DNA of 64,000 nucleotides from Eledone cirrhosa (lineage: Eukaryota), in NCBI GenBank assembly GCA_964016885.1, contig CAXHJY010001254.1:2744-66743 (forward strand), read 5' to 3'. Position numbers and translations under genes: made by a program. Positions within the stretch are counted from its first letter, which is position 1. Each line of letters opens with the position of its first letter. A model generated the notes under the pieces. It saw nothing but the letters and a program-made list of their open reading frames with translations. It was not told where the DNA came from and searched no databases. This document shows positions 26,683 to 38,030 of this stretch, piece by piece.

Positions 26683-27444
26683 ATGGCAACAAGACTACGG
26701 ATGAACGAAGCTATCAGGGCATTCACCGGGGAAGGTGATGTTGTCGCTTGGCTGCGGAAGGTTCGGCTGGTCGCAAGCTTGCAGAAGATAGAGGACGTGG
26801 CCGGCCTCATGGCATTGTACCTCGAGGGCGACGCGCTGGTACTCTTCCTTGAGTTGGACGAGCACAGCCAAAGAGATGTGCAGAAGATTGAGAGGCGTCT
26901 GATGGATGCATTCGCCGAGGGACCGTTGGCGGCTTTTGCTAAGCTGGCGAGAATCAGGTGGAATGGTGAGCGCGTCGACATTTTCGCAGCGGAAATAAGG
27001 CGGTTGGCTATGTTGGCCGGTTACCAGGCGGAATGCGAACGCACGGTGCGGTTGGCGTTCATCAATGGATTTCCGGACGACATAGCGGTGAAACTGCAGC
27101 AAGTCCCGGGTTATAAAGAGATGGAAATGCGTTCACTGGTGGAACAAGCCCGGATCATAGCGGAAGATGCCAAAAAGAGTGTTGCGGCGATGGCAACTAC
27201 GGAGGCTCAGGACACCTGGCAGCGAAATGGTGAAAGGGAGGCAACCTCGACACGCGGCCGTCCGCATGCGTTTAGGGGGCGCTGTTTTCGGTGCCAGGGC
27301 CCGCATATGGCTAGAGACTGTAGAGAGTCGAAGCCGGAGATAATTTGCTACCGGTGTAAGCGACCGGGCCACATCGCTACTAACTGCGACCAGGGAAACG
27401 ATCCAAGGGGAACTACTGCGCCGGTAGTTGCCCCTTACGAGTAG
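26683..27444 (+). CDS. gag: Gag with two zinc knuckles
   Basis: CFRCQGPHMARDC and CYRCKRPGHIATNC. Confidence 0.9.
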   Translation: MATRLRMNEAIRAFTGEGDVVAWLRKVRLVASLQKIEDVAGLMALYLEGDALVLFLELDEHSQRDVQKIERRLMDAFAEGPLAAFAKLARIRWNGERVDIFAAEIRRLAMLAGYQAECERTVRLAFINGFPDDIAVKLQQVPGYKEMEMRSLVEQARIIAEDAKKSVAAMATTEAQDTWQRNGEREATSTRGRPHAFRGRCFRCQGPHMARDCRESKPEIICYRCKRPGHIATNCDQGNDPRGTTAPVVAPYE

Positions 27445-27450
27445 CGGCGC
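27393..27450 (+). promoter_or_regulatory. Programmed -1 ribosomal frameshift signal (slippery heptamer + pseudoknot)
   Basis: G GGA AAC in gag phase (27393-27399); stem AAGGGG-AACTAC/GTAGTT-G-CCCCTT; loop GCGCC complementary to GGCGC at 27446-27450; -1 frame is open into pol. Confidence 0.8.
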
Positions 27451-27455
27451 TGCCC

Positions 27456-29414
27456 GTGGTGGAAGTCTTCGTGAGGGGGAAGCCACAGCGAGCCCTCGTG
27501 GATACGGGCTGTACGACGACACTGGTGACCGCGGGGGTGGCGCAGAGGTGGGGAGGGAAGAGCAGCGTAAGGGCAGTCGACGGCAGGAAAATTGAATGCC
27601 GAGGTTGCAGCGAGATGGAAATAGCGGTACGGGGAAGGAGGATAAGGCTTTCCGCCATCGTGGTAGACAGTGTGGTGGAAGGGATCGGCGTGGTTATGGG
27701 CATGGACGCGATTGGCCGTCTAGGGGGCGTCACGGTGAACAATGTCGGTGTGTCGTTTGGCGCCGCTGCATCGGTATGCGCTGTGAGTGCACGTCATGAG
27801 AACCAGAAGGCCCACGAGGAGGAATACCCCGCTTACACTGTACAGGACAAAGACTTCAAGGCCGTGTTTGATGGGCAGCGATGGGTTGGTGAGTGGTACT
27901 GGAAGGGAGAACCACTAACACTGGAGACCAAAGTGGGCTGCTATCAACACACATTGAAGGGAAACGCTAGGAGCGAGTTCGAGCGAGAAGTAGAGAGATG
28001 GATCGAAGAGGGCATACTGCTTCCCTGGAAGGAGGAGGTGAAGTGCGGAGTATTGCCGTTGATGGCGGTGGTGCAACCCACGAAGAGCAAGGTGAGGCCG
28101 GTGCTGGACTATCGGGAGCTGAACGAGCACGTGTCATGCCACACGGGTGGCGAGGTCACGGATATCTGTGGGGAAACCCTGCGTGAGTGGAGACGCATGA
28201 CGGGGGGTTCAGCGATCGTGGATCTAAAGTCGGCTTACTTGCAGTTGCATATAGATGAGAAGCTCTGGCGGTATCAGCTGGTCAGGTATAAGGGCCGGAC
28301 ATATTGCCTGACCAGGCTCGGTTTCGGGCTGAGCTCCGCACCGAAGATCATGGCGGCGGTCCTCAAGACCGCTCTGGGGAGGGCCGACAAGATAAAAAGG
28401 GCTACTAACTCCTATATTGACGACATCCTAGTGGACGAGTCGGTGGTGTCGACGGCAGAGGTCACGAGCCATTTGCGGAGGTATGGACTGACTGCGAAGC
28501 CATCAGAAGCATTGGAGGGAGGAGCCGCGCTGGGACTTAGGCTACGGCGAGACAAGACGGGCGTTTTGGTGTTCCAGAGGGGAAACGAAGTCCCGGAACT
28601 GGGCCCAAGTATGAATAGGCGGGAGCTTTTCTCGGTGTGTGGAAAGCTGGTGGGTCACTACCCGATCGCTGGGTGGCTCCGGACGGCATGCAGCTATGTC
28701 AAGAGACGAGCGGGAGGGGTGACTTGGAGTGACAGAGTGGGAGAGAGGACGATGGCCATGATGCAGGAGATCGTGGGGAGGGTGAAGGCCGACGACCCAG
28801 TGCGGGGACGCTGGTACGTTCCCAAATCACAGAGCGGGCCCGTATGGTGCGATGCCAGCAGCATAGTGCTGGGTGTCACGTTGGAGATAGGAGGTGTTGA
28901 GGTCGAGGATGCAGCCTGGCTTAGAAAGAAGGACGACTGCAGCCACATCAATGTGGCCGAGCTGGACGCGGTGTTGAGAGGAGTGAACCTCGCCCTGCGG
29001 TGGGGGCTGCGCACCATCGAGATACGCACCGACTCGGCTACTGTACTCGGATGGGTAAGATCAGTGCTCACCAGTGAGAAGAGAGTGCGAACGAGAGGCA
29101 CGGCGGAGATGCTGATAAAGCGCCGCCTGGGAACGTTAGGAGAGCTGGCCACCGAGTTCGACCTGAAGCTGAGAGCAGTGTTCGTGCCCTCAGAGAAAAA
29201 TAGGGCGGACATCTTAACTAGAGTGAAGAAAGCCTGGATGGAAGCGCCGGAGGAGGTGGAGGATGAGATAGCTGCCGTGTGTCGGCTGACCGAGTTAGAC
29301 CTGAGGGGGTTGCATGACATGCACCACATGGGGGTGGATAGGAGCCTGTTCCTAGCCAGGAGAATTGACTCGGACGTTAGCAGACACAGTGTTCGGGGGG
29401 GGGGGGGGGGTTAG
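27456..29414 (+). CDS. pol: Pol: protease, RT, RNase H and start of integrase
   Basis: LVDTGC, VDLKSAY, LGFGLSSAP, YIDD, CDAS/AELDA/TDS/NRAD, HDMHHMG. Confidence 0.9.
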   Translation: MVEVFVRGKPQRALVDTGCTTTLVTAGVAQRWGGKSSVRAVDGRKIECRGCSEMEIAVRGRRIRLSAIVVDSVVEGIGVVMGMDAIGRLGGVTVNNVGVSFGAAASVCAVSARHENQKAHEEEYPAYTVQDKDFKAVFDGQRWVGEWYWKGEPLTLETKVGCYQHTLKGNARSEFEREVERWIEEGILLPWKEEVKCGVLPLMAVVQPTKSKVRPVLDYRELNEHVSCHTGGEVTDICGETLREWRRMTGGSAIVDLKSAYLQLHIDEKLWRYQLVRYKGRTYCLTRLGFGLSSAPKIMAAVLKTALGRADKIKRATNSYIDDILVDESVVSTAEVTSHLRRYGLTAKPSEALEGGAALGLRLRRDKTGVLVFQRGNEVPELGPSMNRRELFSVCGKLVGHYPIAGWLRTACSYVKRRAGGVTWSDRVGERTMAMMQEIVGRVKADDPVRGRWYVPKSQSGPVWCDASSIVLGVTLEIGGVEVEDAAWLRKKDDCSHINVAELDAVLRGVNLALRWGLRTIEIRTDSATVLGWVRSVLTSEKRVRTRGTAEMLIKRRLGTLGELATEFDLKLRAVFVPSEKNRADILTRVKKAWMEAPEEVEDEIAAVCRLTELDLRGLHDMHHMGVDRSLFLARRIDSDVSRHSVRGGGGG

Positions 29415-30270
29415 AGGCTGCGTCCGATGTCAGTCCATTGATCCCGCCCCGGGTGTACACGAAACGGGAAGCCTCCCGGTGGATCGCGACTGGAAGCGAT
29501 TAGCGGTGGATGTGACGCACTACCGGCAGGGAACGTACCTCTCGATGGTCGACTGTGGACCAGGTCGAGTGGCGATATGGAGGGAGATGAAGACTGGAAC
29601 GGCCGAGGAAATCGTGCGGACGTTGAGAGAGGTGTTCTTGGAGCGGGGCCCTGTGGACGAACTGCTGATGGACAACAGCGCAGCGTTCCGCTCGGAGGCA
29701 CTGAGGGAGATGCTCGATGGATGGAAGGTGGACCGTTTCTTCAGAGCGGCGCACAGGCCGAGCGGGAATGGAATCGTGGAGCGACACCACCGGACGATCA
29801 AGGCAATGGCGGAGCGGGGCCATATCTCACCAATGAAGGCAGTGTTCTGGTACAATATGTCCCCTCGGGTTGGACAGGTCGAGGAATCGGTGCCACATAG
29901 AGCAGTATTCAAATACGAGTGGCGGCACGCGTGCACGCCACCACAACGGCCAGTGGGGAGGGAGAGTGCATTCGGGCAGGTGGGCGAAGAAGTCTGGGTT
30001 AAGCCCCCAGATGCACGTTGCACATCTCAATGGGGAAGGGGAACGGTGACGGCCGTAAATTCAAAGAACAATGTGCCCGTGGACGGGGTACCACGTCATG
30101 TCCTGGATGTAAGAAGAATCACTGTGTCGACGGACTCCGAGGAAGAGGAAACCCAAGATGAGGTGGAAACCCAGAGCTCTGCCCCAATACTACGAAGATC
30201 GCAACGAAGTCGTAGACCACCGGCCTGGACAGCAGACTTTCATATGCAGAGGGACGAGGGGGGAAATTGA
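29365..30270 (+). CDS. Integrase, shifted out of the pol frame at the poly-G run 29395-29410
   Basis: CVRC, AVDVT, MDN, NGIVER, GEEVWVK. Confidence 0.8.
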   Translation: MTRTLADTVFGGGGGVRGCVRCQSIDPAPGVHETGSLPVDRDWKRLAVDVTHYRQGTYLSMVDCGPGRVAIWREMKTGTAEEIVRTLREVFLERGPVDELLMDNSAAFRSEALREMLDGWKVDRFFRAAHRPSGNGIVERHHRTIKAMAERGHISPMKAVFWYNMSPRVGQVEESVPHRAVFKYEWRHACTPPQRPVGRESAFGQVGEEVWVKPPDARCTSQWGRGTVTAVNSKNNVPVDGVPRHVLDVRRITVSTDSEEEETQDEVETQSSAPILRRSQRSRRPPAWTADFHMQRDEGGN

Positions 30271-30816
30271 TCCTTGAGATCAGGGGGCGTGTGGGTATGG
30301 TGTGGAGTGCGGTGGCCGGAGGCGGGGGAGTGCTCGACCGGAAGGGTGTGTGGAGTGCTCGACCGGAAGGGCCAGCAGAGGGCCTCTCTCTAGTGGTGAC
30401 CAGCACACGGTGTGGACGCGAGTTTTGGGCAGCTCCCGGTGTTAAGCAGTTGGACGCACGTGGAAGAGGAGTACCTGCAGTGGAATTTAGCGGCGCCTGT
30501 GAAAAGTGGTAAGTGAGATAGCTTTTTCTAACCACATCGCAGGGAAAAGCGGCAGATTTGTGGATTCCTTGTTTGAGTTATTGGTGGTGTTGGTGTTAAA
30601 TTAGAGTATGTATTATGGTGGTGGCTGTTTGTGGGGATAGACCGTTTTGTCCTAGGTAAATGGGTGAATTTGCAGCCACTATCCGTACATATTCTATAGC
30701 GTAGAGAGTAACGACAAATGGTGGGGTTTCGAGTGGGTGTGTGTGTGTGTTGTGAGAGGTGTAGATGATGGTTTGAGTAGGTTTTGACGACCTTTGTGGG
30801 CTGTGGGAGGGAGAGT

Positions 30817-31063
30817 TCATGTACTGGTATTAGAAGGTAAATTCCTTGAGATAGCAGTAGGCAAAGATGTAGTAGTAGTAGTAGTAGTAGTAGTAGGCAG
30901 AGGAGATGTTAGCAGTGGTGATGATTGGACTGCTGGGACAGAGAAAGGAAGTGGCGTTTCCTGCTGTGAGACAGTGGCTACTATGAGGTCAATAGTTTCA
31001 TTTAGTAGATCGGCCATTGTTGATGAATCAAGGAGTGGTTCACACTGTTGTTGTTGTTGCCGT

Positions 31064-31110
<47 letters not shown>

Positions 31111-31380
31111 GACAGCATCCGAAGAAAAAACACACCGTAGTTTATCCAAATGTTTATTGATTAATTTATTTTGAATCTGTTGTTCAGATCGGGTTTTCAA
31201 AAGGTGAACTGTATGTTTAGCAATGTCGTTCAGACATGAAGAATCTATGTCTTCTGTTTGGGTAAGGCAATGCCATGTGTTTATTAGAATGTCGATTTCA
31301 TTATCAGACCAGTTCTGTTTGGATTTTTGCTGGTTAGCCATTCTAGTTTTGAGTGTGTGTGTTTTAGTTAAGTATTTCAA
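30817..31380 (-). pseudogene. LINE ORF1 N-terminal part with polyQ and polyT tracts
   Basis: Same strand as and upstream of the CCCH fingers and ORF2; (CAG/CAA)n at 31045-31110. Confidence 0.5.
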
Positions 31381-31792
31381 TATATATATTTTTTGTTTTT
31401 TTTTTTGTTTTTCTTGTGTGTGAGTGAGAAGTGTATATATAAATATGAGTATATATATATAAATATATTCTGGTTATTTGAAATTAATGAAAGGACGAAA
31501 GTATATAATAATTTATAGTTAAAGGAAAATGTACTCACAAGTTGGTAAACACGTGGTTTCAAATATATAAGAATATATATATACATTCAGTGGCGGACTG
31601 GCTCTAAAAATATTGGTTGCCAGGAGCTGAAGGGGTGCCCACATACATATTGAATGTTATCATTTAATTTTTATAATGAATAAATAGCATTTTCGAAAAA
31701 TACATAAGTTGAAACAAAATGTAATCAAATTTTTGTAGAAAAATATCTTACCTTCTCCAATAAAAAATATTATGTATTTTGCGAAATCAATA

Positions 31793-32441
31793 ATGACCAG
31801 AAGTCGACCTTAAATATTACTTATAGCTCTAGGAAAGCCATGAACGACACCACATCTTTTTAACTTTGATTTTGAAAGTAGTTTATAATTATCAATCTTC
31901 ATTATACTTTTGTAGCTGGATTGGCAGTGTCGGTAGAGGGTCGGACGCCATGCTTTGATGTATTGAGTTACGGCCCTTGCCATTCTGAGTTCAGATCCCG
32001 CCGAGGTTAACTTTGCCTTTCATCCTTACGGGGTCGATAAAATAAAGTACCAGTAATGTACTGGGTAATTACTGGCCTTGTGCCAAAAGTAGAAGCAATT
32101 ATACTTTTGTAGCTGTCTCAGTGGCCTAGTTGGAGGAATCATAGACGCTGGTGATCCTGGTCTGAAGTTCGATCTTGGTCGGTAGTAGGTTTCCCGGTAA
32201 ACGTTTTCAGTTTTTTTCTATTGGTTGTAAAATAAAAAACTGAAAAAGGTTACATGTACTTCTTGACCAGGATTGAACCCAAGGCCACTTCTCCACCGTC
32301 TCTAGTACTTACCGCTAGGCCACAGAGACAACTACGAAAATCTTATGAAACTTCATACTTATAAACCTACTTTCTAAATTTTCACAAACAAAATGATATG
32401 TTGTCGTTCATGTCTTTCTTAATGTCGACTTCTAAATCATT
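31793..32441. mobile_element. Degenerate foldback element containing two convergent tRNA-like Pol III units
   Basis: Outer arms AGAAGTCGAC..CATGAACGACA / TGTCGTTCATG..GTCGACTTCT; A/B boxes on both strands. Confidence 0.55.
31919..32097 (+). mobile_element. tRNA-derived SINE with 18-bp TSD
   Basis: TSD ATTATACTTTTGTAGCTG at 31901-31918 and 32098-32115. Confidence 0.9.
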
Positions 32442-32644
32442 TGGGTGTTCCATAAAGTTCATCCTCGTTTTATTTCTCATATATCTAGACTACATTTTAA
32501 CCTGTAATAAACTCATTCAGCCTGTTATATAAAAAGAAAATGGCTTCCTCCACCGGTTGATTGGAGATAATACAACGGGATTCCACACAGTATCGGTCTG
32601 CCAACTTTCATTCCCAATTTCACTTTGACATTGGTAATCCTGAT

Positions 32645-32745
32645 ACTATATAGTAGAAGACATTTGTCGAAGGTGCCACACACTTGGATTGAACTCGAAA
32701 CCACATGGTTGGGAAACAAACTCCTTAACCACACAACCAGTGCCA
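32645..32745 (-). mobile_element. Fragment of a second SINE family (also ~38720-39000 on - and ~60400-60480 on +)
   Basis: tRNA-like head on the minus strand (GGTTAAGGAG...GAGTTCAATCC). Confidence 0.55.
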
Positions 32746-33564
32746 GAACCTATAATTAATTATTTTAACCAACAAATATCCCAGAATTCTCCTTCATAAT
32801 AAATTTCATTTCATTTTAACTTTTCCCAATAATTTTCACTTCTCTCGATTCAATTTTTTCAATTAGAAATCCTAGTTTTTCCTGCCGAGACAATAGTTAG
32901 CTGTTAAAAAACAAACAATTGGAATAATAAAAAAAAAAAAAACACAATTAAAAAAGTAATAGATATAAAAACACAACAATACTAAATTTAAATAAAAAAA
33001 AACTAGATTATTTCATATTTTATATTCAATAAATTATATAATCATAATGGATGGATTAAATTATTTCATTGTTTTCTAAGTTCTCCCCTCAAGACAAAAC
33101 TTTCTTCATCTTTTCTTGTGGTTTATATATTTCTGATTCTTATTTCCTGCCTCGTGGCTCTTCTTGTTGTTGTTGTTGGTGGTGGTGTTGACGTTGTTGT
33201 TGGTGGCGGTGTTGATGGTTTTAATGTTGACGTTGTTGTCTTGGTGGTGGTGATAATGTTGTTATTGACTGAATGAAACAGTTCTAGTCCCGTTCAGGTC
33301 ATGTGTATATATATATATAATATGTATATATAATATGTATATGTATGTATATATATATATAGGAAAGTAAGCCCATAGAATCATTAGATATAATATATAC
33401 AGTATTTCTTCTCCCAATCAGCATAATCAACCATACAAAAAATCATTTAAACGAGGCGATAGGTTTAAAATATACCTATGAAGAAATAATAGATAATTAA
33501 ATGATAGCTTTTTATCCGCGATTCACAGCCACAGAAAATTTACCATTTCTCTCTCTATCTATCG

Positions 33565-33603
<39 letters not shown>

Positions 33604-33683
33604 TAAAGGTTAAACAAGGTTCAATGAATAAATCAAAGAATTAGTTTAAACAATAGATTGGAAGGGTATGTCATGCATCATCT

Positions 33684-33750
33684 TATTTTATCTGATGAGG
33701 ACGTACTATTGAAGATAGCTCAGTACATCTGAAATATGTATAATAAAATA
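33684..33750 (+). ncRNA. Minimal type I HHR with canonical core
   Basis: TATTTTAT-CTGATGA-GGACGTACT...AGTACATCT-GAAA-TATGTA-TA-ATAAAATA. Confidence 0.8.
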
Positions 33751-33844
33751 CTTGATCACACGAATGTCTATTTTTGTTAATATTTTTAATTAATACATAT
33801 ATAATTTACCATTTCTCTCTCGCTCTCTCTCTATATATATATAT

Positions 33845-34585
33845 GGAAAAAATGAAATTTCATTTCTCACTCTTAGTACGGCTGATACTTAAATATAAGT
33901 ATATATACGTACATACATATATGTATACAGACGTACAGTAGTATGTATATACATACATACATGCACACATATATATACATGTACGTATGGGTTTACCGAA
34001 CATTTATTATAATGCTCGGTTTGTTTGTAAACAAAGAGCCCAAATTATTAGCCGTACAGTGTTCGGCAACTATCGATGCCCTTTTGTTCAACACTGACAA
34101 AAGAACGACAAACTAGTTTCTAGCTTATTAGCTGTCATTAGCACCGTATACCTTCCTGTCATTTGATTGAACGTTTGAAAATATATACTTTCCTTATGCA
34201 TATTAATCGTTTTCGGTACGCCCGGCCGACTAACTCACTCGATATGCAAATTAGGCTGCTCAGCCATTAATATGTATAAGGAAAGTATATACTTTCAAAC
34301 GTTCAATCAACTGACAGGAAGGTATATGGTGCTAATGACAGCTAATAAGCTAGAACTAGTTCATCGTTCCTTTGTCAGTGTTGAACAAAATGGCAACGAT
34401 GGTTGCCGAACACTGTACGGCTAATAATTCGGGCTGTTTGTTTACAAACTGAACATTATAATAAATATTCGGTAAACCCATACGTACATGTATATGTGTG
34501 TGCATGTATGTATGTACTGTATATACATACTACTGTACGTCTGTATACATATATGTATGTACGTATACATACTTATATTTATATA
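33845..34585. mobile_element. Inverted pair of family A units with decayed HHR cores (CTAATGA)
   Basis: 33845-34204 (-) and 34205-34585 (+) homologous to 7194-7922. Confidence 0.8.
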
Positions 34586-37500
34586 TATATATATACACAC
34601 AGACACATATATACACAAACACTTGGCTAGACGCCAGTCTAAGTCTGACTAACAAACTCTACTGTCGAATGCCACCTTAGATCTTTCACCAAACTGTAAT
34701 CCCAACCTTTGATTTTCTCTGCCTAAATTCTACCTCTCCCCTTTCATATAATGGTAGCAACCGTAGCAGAAAAGGTGATTCCTTTGGTGAGCTGGTACCA
34801 TTACACGGTTTCAGTTCTTCAAGTCTTTGGAGCTGATATACCATCAAGACGAATATAGACGGGAGATTTTCTATTTCCCCCCACCACCACCTCCATCACT
34901 GCCAGCATTACCAACATTTCAACTACCACCAATACCAATGCCGCCACCACAGCTATTACTACTACCATCATCAACGCCACTATCACAACCACCAGTTGTG
35001 GCTTTTCTTATTGATTTCATTAAACAGTGAAAGATCTTTCCTTACAACGGACAGTTTGTCTTTTTCATTATATTGTCGTTTCGTCGAGTTTTAACCTTGA
35101 AAGGTACTTTTGTCTATCGTAAGATCTACTACTGATTTCACTTAATTATTTCTATCATTGTCATGTTCAACATCATCCTTTCAATGGTCTCTTCTAAATT
35201 CTTATATTCCTTTTATTTATAGAAGGTCGTTACCTGCTGATAAAACTATTTGTTAATTATGTACCTACCTTTATAAATTGTTCAAATAATGTTTAAAATG
35301 ACTTTCTCAATGAAGATTAATAACAGTTTGAATACTGTTGAACAATAACGTTCATTTAAAATACTTTGTTTCATATTCTACAGAATAAGTGTATTCCGCT
35401 TCTCCATCTGTGTCTCCGTCAAACATATTTATAGGAGGGAAAAGAGGATTGAAAAATTGTTGTTGAGAGCGAAATAGGGGGGGGGGGGATTTGATATTGA
35501 TGGTATATTATTTACTTTGTTTTCTTTAAGTTATTTGTATTTTTTTCTTTTAATTGTTTTATTTCGAATTCTATTATTTTTTTTAGCTTTGTGAAGGTCC
35601 CTCCTTAAGTTAAACTGATTTTATTTAGTTCTTCACCATTATTGTCCGGTACCTGGTCATACCAAATTTTCTACGAACTATTTTCCCTACTTTTTATGCA
35701 TCAAATTTAATGTTTTCCCCTTCGATTGAAAGATATGATTTTTATTTGTATTGTTCGTGCGAGGTTGTGTATTAGTTGAGAGAATCTGTTTGTTGGTGAT
35801 ATGAGATCTATTTTGTTAGTTTGGAAGGGATATCTAACCACCGTCCAATACAAACATTTGTAAGATATCAATTAAATATCGACAAATTAAAAAACCGAAA
35901 TGACAAAAATGTTTAAAAACATCTCCGTAAATAATACTTGTAAAATTTATCGATCTTGACCTTGTACAATTAATTTCTAACATAGATACGTGATTGATGG
36001 GTATAATTGATTCTATTTACCCTGTACTTGGCTGGTACTTTATTGTTTTATCGACCCAAGAAGGATGAAAAGGAAAATCAATCCTACTGAGGTCGACTTT
36101 AGTATTTCATACTTCCGAGGTCGATAAAATAAGTACCATTGAAATTACTGAATTGATTGTGTCCCGGTTTCTCTCTTTGTTATAAATCTTTGTCAATAGT
36201 GTTTAATTCTTCACCAAGAGAAAAAATGGAAATGTTTCTTTCAGAGAGAAAGTACTTTTCTTAGAATATTAACAGTTCCAATAAAAAGCGACTTTTGTAT
36301 GAAGTTAATGCTTTTATTAGTAGCTGCTCGAGTTGGAATCGAAGATGTCTGTTGAAAGGATCTTAGGTTGTAGTTCTTTAATTATCATTGTCTTATTGTT
36401 GTTTTCTCATTGAATTTTAACCTTGGGAGGTACTTTCGTCTCTTAGAAGATTTTCTATTGACTTGAATTCATTATTTCCACCCTGAGAGCGTTATATTCA
36501 AGATTTCTATCTTTTGAATGTTTTATTCCACACAAAAACTAACAACAAAAATAGAAGAACGTATCATTTTACTCAAATTTAATCCTATATGTCATTTGTA
36601 CATATATGTTGAACACTTGTTGCGTCCTATACTAGGTCACCCATGCCCACAAACACTCTCTCTCTCCAACATTATCCACTACTGTATCATCCAGCAGTCT
36701 TTCAATGTAATTTCTTTTCCTTCTACCTTTGTGTATCCATCTGATGGTTCCAACAATCTCCCCCAGAGATAATGTCATGATACAAACGTCATTACTGTAA
36801 CAGACAGCAAGACACAACTAAACGTAGGGTTTGAATGAAACAGTAAAACAAAGCATTAAAATTAAAAACAAAACCAACCAAACGATGGAAACAATTTTAT
36901 GGACTTTATTGAAAGATGAAAACCTCGATTTAGGGAAGGTTTAGCTGCTATTTCAGACAGGTCAAACTGCCAATATTGAGGTTCGACACAAGATGTAAAC
37001 ATGATGAGATTATAGAATCAAAACAGTTTTTACACGGTACCCAACATAGCAACAGTCTAATGGCTAAAACTAGTAAAAGAGAAGAATAAACAATATATAC
37101 ATACATATATACACGTACATACTCTTATACACACACATATATTGTTACATGCTGACATTTAGTCATACACACACATGAATTAATACTTTAAACACATACA
37201 TATACGAATGAATGCATACTTTAAGACATTTATAACAAAAGAAAACAAACTAATGCATCAGTACATATAATGCACACACAGCTTCTTTCCTTGGGGAAAT
37301 ATGCTGCCTAAGTAGTAGTAAAAGAGTAAAAAAAACATCAAAGGAGCCAGAGAGATGTAACAAACAAGGCAGCCACAAAACATGTATATACACACACAGA
37401 TATACATATATTATATATATACATATATTATATATATATATATATAATATAGTTAAAACACCAGTGGCTACATCAAAAGCATGATTTAATTTATTGGTTG

Positions 37501-37739
37501 TACATCGTCCACAGAAAGAGCAACACAACACACACACACACACACACACACACAAGGTCTGTCCCAAATGTAAGAGCAGTGATTTTCCTATGTACGACAT
37601 GACAATGAAGCACCTCGATGTATAAAGGCGTATTGGTTATGATCTTGGCTGTACATACATACTTATTTCAACATAATCGATTGAATTAATCGTGAGTTAT
37701 TGCTGTTTATGTACAGACATGTTTACAACCTCTGTTACG

Positions 37740-38030
37740 TTTGTGATGCTGGAAAATATCGAACAATGGTACGTGATCAAATTTTGTGTGAAACTCAACA
37801 AATCTGCCACCAAAATATTTAATTCTTTAGTACAAGCTTATGGAGATACCACTCTATCGATATGTAAGGTTGTTATGGGACACAAAGACTTAATCTGGTC
37901 CAGCATGTCCGAAAGGACATTGCAGGAGATTGGATACTGCACCAGGATAACACGCCTGCTCACACAGTACTTTCAATTAGTCAATTTCTGGCGAAGAAAA
38001 ACATCCCCACTCTTCCACATTCTCCCTACT
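37740..38030 (+). pseudogene. Internally deleted mariner transposase relic
   Basis: EQWYVIKFCVKLNKSAT...AYGDTTLS (N-terminal HTH); in another frame WILHQDNTPAH...FLAKKNIPTLPHSP. Confidence 0.7.

Larger units (their letters stand above)
26359..30536 (+). mobile_element. Ty3/Gypsy LTR retrotransposon with LTRs 26359-26613 and 30290-30536 and TSD TCGCA
   Basis: LTRs begin TGTGG and end CCACA; TCGCA at 26354-26358 and 30537-30541; domain order PR-RT-RH-IN. Confidence 0.95.
23010..31590 (-). mobile_element. Near full-length CR1/L2-group LINE interrupted by a Gypsy element; 5' boundary approximate
   Basis: ORF1 remnants (31380-30540, 26355-26075); APE endonuclease, RT and C-terminal fragments in order on the minus strand. 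Confidence 0.85.

Noticed and set aside
31588-31645. hAT-like terminal inverted repeat CAGTGGCGGACTGG
   Set aside because: No matching second terminus or TSD found
34100-34370. Active HHRs in the 34-kb family A copies
   Set aside because: Core CTAATGA (G5A), plus GAAC in one copy, predicts loss of activity
34600-37600. Possible host exons in the less repetitive region
   Set aside because: No ORF with recognisable motifs or convincing splice structure; small exons cannot be excluded without RNA data
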